Shown: one piece after another, positions 1 through 10,468 of the stretch
How the letters are laid out: every line of letters begins with the position of its first letter
Numbering within the stretch: the first letter of the stretch is position 1
Assembly: GCA_964276515.1 (NCBI GenBank)
Contig: OZ193909.1
Span: 4,712,001 to 4,776,000 of the forward strand
Source of the DNA: Gordius albopunctatus
Lineage: Eukaryota
Direction: 5' to 3'
Length of the DNA: 64,000 nt
The notes under the pieces: model-generated
Seen by the model: only the letters and a program-made list of their open reading frames with translations
The model's database searches: none
Told to the model about the DNA's origin: nothing
Position numbers and translations under genes: made by a program

Positions 1-3000
1 AATTTGATTGACAACACATCGGTAAAAAACGTATCCCGGGAGGCACTTCGCACTCCTATTACCTCTCTACAGTTCCCCCCTTTTCACAGACAAAATCCTT
101 AAGGAATGCTGGCGGTTTCCGACTACGCTGTGGGTATCTAGGTTCTTCCCTAGGCATTCCTGACTGGTTTTGAATTTGTTCCATTGTAGCACTTGTTCCT
201 TAGTTTTGTATTTGTTTCCTTAGAGAACTTGTTCTCTCTTCCCTTTCTGATCATATCCTTTGTTGCCACCCGTTCTCTTGTCTTAGAGTGGTCCTATCCA
301 GGATTTTCCGTTTTTTTACTTGATCCACGTGTCGGTGGTGCTTTCTTCCCTGTGCCCATACATCGTAGGAACGACTACAGTGCTTGTCTTTTATCGTGGC
401 TTCTACCCATTTGCTTGGTCCCAAAAACATGCTTATCCCAAACCAAGTCTCCTACGTTGAAACTTCGCGGGTTCCCGGTCTCTACACATTGTTGTGGTAC
501 GGTTCCCCCCAATACCTCCCATTCGGTTCGCATTCGTCTTTTTAGCATCACCTCTGCTAGGCTTTTATTGGTTGTGGGCTGTTTTATAGATCTGTAGTTT
601 TCCAAAAATCTACTTAGCCCTACTTCCGACTCTTTCCTAATAATGGCTTCTTTAATTAATCGTACATACCTTTCTGCCAAACCGTTCAACGCAGGATGGT
701 AAGGGACTGTCCATCGCTGATTAATCCCTCTCATCTTGCAAAAATTCTGCAATTCCTGCCCTTTGAATTTGGGACCGTTATCTGATATTAATCAAGGTGG
801 ATTTTCAAATCTAGCAAACGTTTCGGCAAGTTTTTTTTATAATGGTGGTCGATATCGTGTCTTCAAATTTAAACACCTCTACCCTTTTCGAGCTATTGTC
901 CACCATCACCAGGTATGACTTACGCTTGAGAGGACCCATGATATCGATATGTACTGGAACCCATGCTCTATGGCTCGGTTGACACTCTATCAACGGTGCC
1001 TTCTTCGCCGCCGCGGCCGTGTAATTGCACCTCCGGCACCCTTTCGCTACGCTCACTAAGTCATCGTCGAGAGTAGGGCAGCATATATACTGCCGCGCCA
1101 CTTCTTGCATTCGCTTGATACCCATGTGGTCCGTATGTAGTCTTTGGAGTACCGCTCCTCGTAACTTAGCCGGAATTAATATTCGTCGCCTTTTGAAAAA
1201 TATTCTGTTTTTGGCTTCATATAACTTTGGCAGGTGTTTTTCGTAGGAGCGTTTTAGACCATACGTGACCATTGTGTTTTGTTTAACTCTAATCCACTCT
1301 TTTAATTGACGTAGCCCGGATCATTCAAGACGTGTTGTCTTACTACGTCCAATGATATAAACAGATTCGTCGAGTTATCTGGCATTTCCTCGCTAACCTT
1401 ATACGCGTCTTCGTTCGGTTTTCTAGACAAGAAATCTGCCGCGTTTCCGGATCCCTTGTTGTACTCAAAATTGGTCGTGTAGCCTGATACCATGAGCGTC
1501 CACCTAGATCATTGTTCCTTGCCCCTTTTGCTCTGATCAAATATATATATATACTAGCGGTCTATGATCCGTCATAATAGTCACACTTCATCCTTGTTTA
1601 TATTCATTGAACTTTTTTAGTCCATAAACCACCGCAAGCGCCTCTTGTTCGATCGTCGAATACCGGCTTTGGCTATCGTTTAACGCTCTTGAAGCATAGG
1701 CCACCACTCTCCAATTCTTTCCTGGTGCTCGTTGATGTAAGATGGCCCCTAACCCTGTACCAGGGGCTTCTACGACCAGGCCAATCTCCCAATCTCCATT
1801 TAGGTATGCCATTGGGGGGGGGGGGCTTTTGTAAGCGCGGACATGATGGTATCAAATGTGCCTTGTTGTTCTCCACCCCAGTGGTACATCACGTATTTTT
1901 ATGAGTTTCTGAATCGGGTGCAGTTTGGCGTAGTCCCTAATCAACTTTGAAAAATATGCTGTTAACCCAAGGAAGGATTTTACATTTTTGTTTGTTAGAT
2001 TTTCCACTGCTTGACTAGTTCGGCTTTATTGTCGTTGATTTGAATCTCCTTGTTACTTCTTACGTATCCCAAAAAAGTTACTTCCTTCGTCCACAAGATG
2101 GTATTGGCAATGTTTGGCACGAACCCCCACTTTTGTAACGTTTCTAGTACTTTGAGTAGCCGATCGTTGTGGATTTCTTCCATTTCTCCTGCAATTAGTA
2201 TATCGTCGATGTATACCACTACCCCCTCCATGCCTCCTAATATTTGATCCATTGTTTTTTGGAAAATAGCCACAGTACAATTTAAGCCAAAAGGCATCCG
2301 GTTAACTTTAAATAAGCCCTTATGCGTAGAGATAGTCAATCGTTGGCCCCTCTCTGGCCCTAATTCAAGTTGTAAGTACGCTTTCGTTAGGTCCAGCTTC
2401 GTAAAACAATACGCGTTATCGAGTTTATTTAACAAATCGTCGATTTTGGGTAAGGGGTAAAACAAACCTTGCACGAATTTATTTATCGCAAAACGGTAAT
2501 CTATACATAATTGCAGGCTCCCATCGCTTTTTTTACGGGTACCAATGGACTGGCCCATCTTGAGAAGTCGATTGGTTCTATTACCCTGTCTCTGACCCAT
2601 TTATTCAACTCTTATTCTATTTCTTTCTTCCACGCCATCGGCACTCTTCGTGCGGGGATAAATACGGGATCTATGCCTTCTTTTAACGGCACTTCCCCGT
2701 TATTCCCTTCACTGCTTTTGGGAATTCGTTTAGCTGGCCATCCCAATGCTTCATCACGCGCTGGATCGCGGACTTGGTATCCTTCGGTCTTTCCACGTAA
2801 TTGACCGCGAACCGTTCCGCCGCAGCTCTCGAGTTCCAACGTATACGACGCCAGATTTCGGGCTCGAATTCTTGGATCCAATCTATCCCGCACAATGGCG
2901 GCCCCGCTACGTCTTAAACAATAACGACAGCTGTTTCCTCGTGTTACCCATTCGGACATCGGCTTGTACCTTGGCTACGATCTTTATTTCCTCGTGGGCG

Positions 3001-3363
3001 TACGCGTACACCATCGGGACGGACTCTTTGTTGCGTGGGATCTCCTTCGCCCATCTTAGCGCCGGGATTATCGAGACTGCCGGGATTCGAACCTACAGAC
3101 GAGTTAAACAATTAATAAAAACAAACAACGTCACACGTTCGGTGCGTGACATGACGGTGCGTGCTTTCGGTGCGTGCATTCGGTGCGTGACATGACATCG
3201 GAAAATGGAAAGTGAGCACATAAATTGCATAGCAATTAATAATCGAAAGTGAGTCAAATGTGTATATCAAACGCATATATAAGTTACAACCAATTAACGA
3301 TAATTTGATTGACAACACATCGGTAAATAACGTATCCCCGGAGGCACTTCGCACTCCTATTAC
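1..3363 (-). mobile_element. Decayed Ty3/Gypsy LTR retrotransposon (protease end, RT, RNase H, integrase; gag missing)
   Basis: Minus-strand ORF fragments in Gypsy order: RT (LCIDYR, KLDLTKAY, MPFG, YIDD; 1995-2600), RNase H (YASRAL..RYSTIEQEALA; 1588-1812), integrase HHCC and core (811-1272, 375-752). LTR sequence at 1-71 is repeated at 3302-3363. A polypurine tract (AAAAGGGGGGAAC on -) abuts the TGTAGAG LTR start at 71. Many frameshifts. Confidence 0.93.
3078..3238 (-). mobile_element. 5' fragment of a DINE-1/Helentron-like element inside the Gypsy 5' LTR region
   Basis: Has the family terminus CATAAATTGCATAGCAATT (about 3219-3237), short CGGTGCGTG repeats where other copies carry (GGAC)n, and GGATTCGAACC..AGACGAGTTAAA shared with 30564-30590. 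Confidence 0.55.
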
Positions 3364-3870
3364 TATATTTATTTAATTTAGATAATTCGTTATCATCTTT
3401 GCTACGATTAAGATTTTATATGGTAAATTATCTTAGATACTACTAAGCGAGGCACGGATCTAATAATGTAAAAAGTTATTAAAACTTGTACCTAAACCAT
3501 AGATGAAAAAGGTTTTCTCGGGCGCTCAAAAATATTTTTAATAATTCCTTATGCACATAAAATATGGAAAACTTTAGCACAATCTTAGTTATAACTTCAA
3601 ATTATGTTGTTTAATAAAATAGTTATTTTGACGCTCTTTATGTTTTTAAATAAACGGCATATCCTGTAAAAAACGTATAGCTTATATTAGTTATGTATAG
3701 TGATAAAAGATTTTACTTTTGATGTATTTGAGCATGCATAGGTGCTAAAGGTAAATTTAAAAGTCAGACTATTTACCTTATTTGTTAACTTGCAAAAGAT
3801 GACGGCCGGCCGCATTAACTTATAAAATATATTGATTGAGTAACAAAAAGTACACAATATATCGTAAATT

Positions 3871-4511
3871 CAGTGGCGTAAATAGGGGGGGGCCGATTTT
3901 TTATGGAAAAAAATATTTTAGATCTAAAGTTTATATTTTATAGTTGTGAGGTCTTAACCTGAGGTTGATCCCGAAAATCAACCTGAAAAACCTTCAGGTC
4001 AATTTTATCCCCAACCTGAAACCCAGGTTGACCGCAGGTTAACCTGATTGCGATAAATTTAAGAATAAATTTTTATTTTACTTTAACTATTTTCCTTTTT
4101 AAGATGCGTCAAACTTTTTAAACATTTACAATTTTAAATGAAGAAAAAATAGTTTTTGGTTATTATTTAAAAAAATATAAGATTTTTTTTATATAAAAAT
4201 TTAATTAATTGTTAAACATGTATATTACTCGATGACGCCATCTGTATGTTTATAAATTTTGATAAACATATTCCAAACTTGACAAGGTTTTTGAACACCC
4301 GAACCTAAAATCGACCTGAGGTTGGACCTCGGGAAAACCTGACCTAGGTTTTGATCATCACTAGTGCAACGTAACTGACTAAGTGAATTATTTATAATGA
4401 CTTTTTTTATGTTTTATACCAGATTTTATAATTTTGATGTTGAAATATAAATGTTAAAAAATTTTTTTTGGAAATTCCCCCCCTCAGGAGAAAATCCTGG
4501 CTACGCGCCTG
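3871..4511. mobile_element. hAT-type MITE, with a probable second hAT-like MITE nested at about 3941-4363
   Basis: TIRs CAGTGGCGTA..TACGCGCCTG and an 8-bp TSD CGTAAATT/TGTAAATT. The inner segment has many AACCTG/CAGGTT subterminal repeats and ends CATCACTA. Confidence 0.6.
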
Positions 4512-4790
4512 TGTAAATTATATAAAAACTTTTATTCGATGTTACGCCCATGATCCATGGTTGGGAAGTAACCCTACTAAAAAGACTATTAAAGTCTAAC
4601 TCTTTATATAAGCCAAGAAATTGTAACCCTGTTAAACATAATATTTCTGCTGTTATTATGACGTAAGCAAACAAATGTGATCTAGAATACGAGTCATTGT
4701 CAAATCCTTAAACTTGCTTTTGAGCAGGAGGTATTGTTTATGCTTTTTAATTTAGGAAATAAATAAATATACATATCATTATACTATACA

Positions 4791-4932
4791 TATGGGCGTA
4801 GCCAAGGCCCCCTCTAAATCCAAAAATTTGTTGAAATTTATTAAAAGTTGCTAAAATTTCAAAAAAGGATCATTTTGCCCCTCCCTAAGTCATTATTGTT
4901 CCGCTCTAATCTTAGTGCTGGCCATACCCATG
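4791..4932. mobile_element. hAT (Tip100-like) MITE
   Basis: TIRs (C/T)ATGGGCGTAGCCA..TGGCCATACCCATG and a perfect 8-bp TSD ACTATACA. The duplicated copy is at 15065-15208. Confidence 0.85.
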
Positions 4933-5862
4933 ACTATACAAATTATAAATATCTTTAAAACGCAAAACACTAATTAAAAATGCTTATAGCTTACCCTTTT
5001 TCTTTAATATATTTTGTCCAATTACCTGATTCCGTACCCACCAATCATTTTTAATTAAGCCAATAATGTTTTTAGCTACAACTACAAGTTGATCAAATTT
5101 ACCGTAATATATTCTGTCGCTTAATATAAAAGCTACAAAATAAATATTCCAATCATCACCTCATGCAAATTTAAATGTTTCATTAACAAGCGATAAACTT
5201 TTACAAAAGTTATACAATAAATATATTGTTTAGAAAAATCTTGTATTGCCCTTTCCAGAAGATATATTTTTTATGAAATTAATAAATATTTTACTTGTGA
5301 GATTGCGTCAGATATATAATAATAAATTTATGAATTCCGTTTTAAACATGTGTAGGCTTAGAGCTATTTTCAAAATAAACGCCACCCCCTCCCGACGATT
5401 TATTTCGAGAAATAAATATTTTTACCTTCCCTCCCCCCTGGATTGAATTCTTTAAAATTACAGTACTGACTGTTTCATATTAATTGGGCAACATTATAAA
5501 ATAGATTGCAATTAACAATGGTTTGCTCCCATCCCTAAGAGGGTTCTATACTAAATAATTAAATTAAATCAAAAAATTAATTATGTGTTGCCTCTGAAAA
5601 TACGTGATTTGTTATAGAAAAGTGGGTGGATGTGATCCATAATTGCTATTTTTCAAAAAAGCCCGTTTTTTCCAATAAATCAATTTTGAATTGGCTACTG
5701 TATAATTTGATGGCCACCTTTTAACAACATATTTGGTTAAATCCGATCGTATAAATTTTTCGCCTTTACAGTTCATTAAATTTTATTATAATCACAATAT
5801 TCATTTTGTTGTTAATTTATAAAATAACATAAATTTTACTTTTGAATTCTAAAGCACGCCAA

Positions 5863-7020
5863 ATGCTCGCCACTATAGTTTATATCTTTTCAATCATACT
5901 GGCTGTCATCACTATTATAGGCAATACTGGAATAATTATATTGTTCATAATTTTCAAAGATATAAGAATTACGCGAAATTACGTGGTTTGTTCATTAGCA
6001 ACCGCCGATCTTCTCATAGGCATAATGGCTGTCCCATGGGCTGCCAAGCAAACTTTTTATGGTTCTTGGGCGTTTAGCCCTACCCTGTGCCAAGCCCATG
6101 TCATCATCGATACGATCGCAACATTGATAAGCTTATTTACGGTCACACTAACCTCCTTACTCGACACTTGGATGGTGATGGGGAAAGTTCAACGCGACAG
6201 TTTCAATAAAATATATTCAAAAAAAAACGTAGGCATAGTTATAGCCATAGCGTGGTTGGCTCCTAGCCTAACCATTTTAGGACCTATTGGGAAAGATCCG
6301 TACTTGATGCAAAAGTTTTTGGATAGACCAATCCAAGAGGGGCTAGAAGATATTTTAAACAATCATACAAATATAATAGACAAAGAAGATGCAAATTATC
6401 GTTGCTTACCACAGTTTCCACGTTCCGTATTCGTGGGTTTTGTGGCGTTCTACTACAACATAGGGATAATAGTCATCGTATTTTGCTACACTATGGTCTA
6501 CTTCAGGTTAAGACAGCGTAATTACTTTAGCACCTTTACCAGTATAACAGAATTTTCACAAATACCTGTAAATGGTGACTCGACCGCTGATACCCAAAAC
6601 AGAAAACAAATCACTACACAACAGAGGTTTTCGCGACTATCATTCTTTAGCAAGGGCTTATTCCAGAACAATGGTGAGAGACTGAATAGTCAAGTGCTTC
6701 AAACTTGGAACATTAAGCGGCAAAATAAAAATACAAATTTACTCATGCTCACCTTTTCCATGGCCATGCTAGTCGTAATTTGCTATTCTCCGGGTTCGGT
6801 GGTATTTTTCATAGAGGGCTTAGGCACGGCTGTCCCTTTCAAGTTACCATTGTGGGCCTATAATTTTGGTATATGGTTCTCTTACTTAAAATCGGCCCTA
6901 AATCCTATCATATACGGTCTGCTGAATACTAAGTTTAAGGTGCACCTAATAAAACTATTTAATCGAAAACGAGCCATTCATCCTCAACCACGATTAATAT
7001 CGAGCATAATTCCTGATTAA
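5863..7020 (+). CDS. Class A (rhodopsin-family) GPCR, aminergic-like orphan, copy 1 (385 aa from the first ATG)
   Basis: Uninterrupted ORF with seven hydrophobic segments, GN1.50, SLATAD2.50, C3.25, D3.32, W4.50, an ECL2 Cys, CYSP6.50, NPIIY7.53 and helix 8 (NTKFK). The ORF-track start at 5842 is a TTG; the first ATG is at 5863. An upstream exon cannot be excluded. Confidence 0.93.
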   Translation: MLATIVYIFSIILAVITIIGNTGIIILFIIFKDIRITRNYVVCSLATADLLIGIMAVPWAAKQTFYGSWAFSPTLCQAHVIIDTIATLISLFTVTLTSLLDTWMVMGKVQRDSFNKIYSKKNVGIVIAIAWLAPSLTILGPIGKDPYLMQKFLDRPIQEGLEDILNNHTNIIDKEDANYRCLPQFPRSVFVGFVAFYYNIGIIVIVFCYTMVYFRLRQRNYFSTFTSITEFSQIPVNGDSTADTQNRKQITTQQRFSRLSFFSKGLFQNNGERLNSQVLQTWNIKRQNKNTNLLMLTFSMAMLVVICYSPGSVVFFIEGLGTAVPFKLPLWAYNFGIWFSYLKSALNPIIYGLLNTKFKVHLIKLFNRKRAIHPQPRLISSIIPD

Positions 7021-7986
7021 ATGATCCGCGCTTTTTGTAACTTTTATTTAGTTGTTATTTAATGAATTTCGATTGATACTAAGGTATTCATTGACTTAGA
7101 AAATACATTAATTCTTTATTGTTCAATTAAAAAGATGTTATAATTATATTCCAGATACTTAGCTTATTTGCTCACTTTAGATACATCATTTTTTAGTGGT
7201 TTTAATTATATTAGGAATCTTCTGATAAATGTGACGAGTGATTTTTTAACTTATCATATTCTCAAGAAATACAAATAGTTATATATAAGAACCTTTAGTC
7301 TTCAGTCTATAAAGAAAATATTCTATTCTGTTGACTAATTAAAATAATTTATGATTGTTTTTAGGTATATTAATTAATAGAGTTATTAGACAATCATAAA
7401 ATTAACAAATCAATTTAGTATATACATTCATTATACAGATATAAGTTCGTGAGTATGATGAACTTCTAATCTTGGATTTTCAAATTTAAATTTGAAACAT
7501 CCGAAATACATACTATTTTTGTCAATCAATTCTAAAAATATATAAAACATTCAGACATGAGCGTTAAATTGTTATTTAGGAAAAATTAATTTGCAAAAAT
7601 ATTTGCACTGGTGCTCTATGTTAAATTTGAGCCAATCAAAAGTTAAGATCGAACTCGATACTTTATATTTAATTAAGATTATAAATAGACCAATAAGACC
7701 AATTTATGGGTAGAGGAATCAAATACAGTTCAGTTGGCACAATTAAAGTTCCTGAATTAATTTGAAAATCAATCAGATGATAATTATAAAAATAAAACTC
7801 GTAGTCTTAAATTTCAATATTAATTATTCAAACATTGTTTTTAATGGCGTTTTCAGAGATTTTGGATGGAATGCAAAAACTTCGCTCATTGATGCATGTG
7901 GTGTTTGGAAGACAAAAGAGTGTCGTTGTATTAGGCAATGGTATATTATAATTTGAAAGCGAGTGTTGAGAGCATTCATAGGACGA

Positions 7987-8131
7987 CATGGGCATAGCCA
8001 GGGGGCGGCAGAAAGGGGCGACTGCCTCCCTCTAAATTCAAAAAAATATTTAAAATTTTTGAAAAATTTCATTTTACTCCTCGCTAAATATTATTCCCCC
8101 CCCTCTAAATCCAATCCTGTCTGCGACCATG
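7987..8131. mobile_element. hAT-type MITE (predates the duplication)
   Basis: TIRs CATGGGCATAGCCAG..CTGCGACCATG with a degenerate 8-bp TSD. The same insertion is present at 24480-24612. Confidence 0.75.
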
Positions 8132-8210
8132 TGAGACGACATGTCTTTTAAGTTTGACAAAGCCATCATATACCATCGATAAATTTCCAATTTTAAATTG
8201 ATGTTGGTGT

Positions 8211-8390
8211 CATGGGCGTAGCCAGCTTTGGAATTAGAGGGGGGCAATAATGATTTAAGGAGGTTTAGGGAGGGGCAAAATGAACGTTTTTTGAAATTTT
8301 ACCTATAATTTTAATAAATTTCAACAATTTTTTAGATTTAGAGGGGGGCAGCCGCCCCTCCCTGCCCCCCCCCCCTTGGCTACGCCCATG
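8211..8390. mobile_element. hAT-type MITE (specific to unit 1)
   Basis: TIRs CATGGGCGTAGCCA..TGGCTACGCCCATG and a perfect 8-bp TSD GTTGGTGT. The site is empty in unit 2 (about 24680-24690). Confidence 0.9.
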
Positions 8391-8540
8391 GTTGGTGTCA
8401 TATAAATCACTAAAGTAAAATTCGGGCAAAAAATTTGTTGAGTCTCCTTTTACAATGTTTGAGTAGTAAAAATATATAGCTGAAAAAACGAACAAATTAT
8501 AAAAGAGAATAAAAGTATCCAGATTGCCTAATTACTCCTA

Positions 8541-9692
8541 TCTTATATATAAAAATGAAACTATGTATGTGTGTGTGGTGTGTATGTATGTATGCCGCCA
8601 CCAATTCTGGAAAACTATCGGACCGATTTGGCTCAAAATTTCACACTTTATTCCCCACACCCCGGAGCATGTTTTAAGATATGTTCGAGCCAAATCGGTC
8701 CATTTGATTTAGTTTGTTTTATATGATTTGCCGTTTAATAAAACGTCAATCAAACGCAACCTCATGGCGTACTGCCTATTTAAATGAAACTATGTGTGTG
8801 CAATGTGCACGCGAGTAGGTAGTGTTTTAGTGTGACAAATGTTGGCATGTGCTGCGGAAAATGGAAAATTTTTGCGATTTGAAACATTAAATCAAAGCAT
8901 GGGCGTACGCAGGTTTTGAATGGGGGGGGGGCAGATTAAAAAAAAAAATTCTCGACTATCCAAATATTTTCCTGAAAGCAAAAAAGGTCTTCGACTACTA
9001 AATTCCTAAATTTTTCCTGAGACCCGCAGGGGTTTGCCGCCCTCCCTGCCCTCCCCTGACTAATTAGGGGGAGGGCAGCCGCCCTTTCTGCCATTCCCCG
9101 GCTAATTAGGGGGGGGGGAGGGCAAAACATAATTTTTAAGGGTTTTTGTATTAAAATTATTTTTTTAATTAGGCCCCCCTGCCCCCCCTGGGTACACATA
9201 TGAATCAAAGTCATTTTTTTGCTTATTTTTCACGTCAATTATTATTATAGGATGGTCGTGTCTCCTCCTGCGTGGCTAAATAAATTAAATAATCTAATTT
9301 TGTCATTTTTTGCGCGTTAAATAAGGAGAAAAATGAAAATACAATTAATAAAGTGCCAATAAATGTTGATATATCTCAGTTCTTCTGAAATTATTAAGTT
9401 CAGAATTAAAAGTTTTATTCAGAAACAAATAATTATGATATTGTTTCTTAATTACAAAAAAATATAAAAAATTGCTTGAAGCGCCAGGGGGCCAAAGATT
9501 TTCCCTTGGGGGGGGCATGGGGCCAGGTTTTCTCTTGGGTGGGCCTTGGACCGTCTTTAACTATTTGCTTAAAAATTATCAAACTTTATTTTTACTTCAA
9601 TAACCGCTTTATCATCATATATGCCCTAAAATTCCAAGATAATTTAATACACCCCGGTAAATGGCAAAACAACGTTTGCCGGGTTCACCTAG
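8541..9692 (+). mobile_element. Non-autonomous Helitron
   Basis: A|TCTTATATATAAAA 5' end, 3' hairpin CCGGTAAA..TTTGCCGG and CTAG|T end. The empty A|T site (CTCCTA|TAATTTAT) is at about 24826 in unit 2. Relatives lie at 40681 and 60921. Confidence 0.92.
8898..9202. mobile_element. hAT-type MITE nested in the Helitron
   Basis: TIRs CATGGGCGTACGCAGG..CCTGGGTACACATATG and a perfect 8-bp TSD AATCAAAG. The empty site is in the sister Helitron at about 41061-41068. Confidence 0.88.
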
Positions 9693-10468
9693 TAATTTAT
9701 AAAGTTGCAACTTATAATATCGGGGATATGCGTAATCAACTTTTTTTCTTGGCAAGCGAACAAGTAATTACTGAAATAGAAAAATAATAGGTTAAAGCTT
9801 TTTACCTGAAATTTAATTTAAAAACATAAAGTATTAATATTTAGAGAGAAGGGTGGAATATAATTTATTACACAATAAAAGAACAATGATACAAAACTTA
9901 TAAAATAGTGAGTTTATATAGCAATAGATAACGATAACATTCAAATGAAAGTTGATTCTGTGTGTGTATTCTTTCTATTTTCACCTTGTAAGTATTACAA
10001 CCAAATCTCTTCCAAGGTAACTGTAATTTGTTTCCCTACAAATATATAAAAGCTTTTAAGATAATTATAAACGTCTGTATTTTTAGCCATACCATTCATT
10101 CAAGAATGCAGGCCTATATAAAATTTAATATGTTTAATAATATTATAAATATTTCTAATTTCTTATTTAAGTTATAAGCGCCTAGCTACCTTTACATATA
10201 TTTTTTAATTAAATTGTAATCTATCTGAGCCATGTCGCTGGCAAAAAGTTAAAATACAATCTTCTCAAATTTTAGATGCTAACTTTCAAAAGTTCAATTG
10301 TATAAAACTTTTATACGATTTATAATGCTTATTCTAATTCCGCTATATTTTAGTCTGAACCTTTACAATAATAAAAAAACTAAATTTATTTCAATGTAAT
10401 TTTAATATAGCGAAAATTAAGTTTAAAAGCTATACATATATAAAAAATAAGTTTCGAGGTGATAAATT

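Noticed and set aside
193..3195. Plus-strand ORFs overlapping the Gypsy element, and similar antisense ORFs over the RTEs and the Helitron
   Set aside because: Shadow frames of TE coding sequence with no recognisable motifs.
5842..5862. ORF-track start MNSKARQ (also 17848)
   Set aside because: It begins at TTG; in a eukaryotic gene the first ATG (5863 and 17869) is the supported start.
6874..6915. TM7 lysine suggesting an opsin
   Set aside because: The Lys is at 7.45 (five residues before P7.50). The retinal-binding position 7.43 is Tyr.
5863..7020. Assigning a specific receptor name (histamine, octopamine, adenosine, TAAR)
   Set aside because: The motifs are too divergent to assign orthology without a phylogeny.
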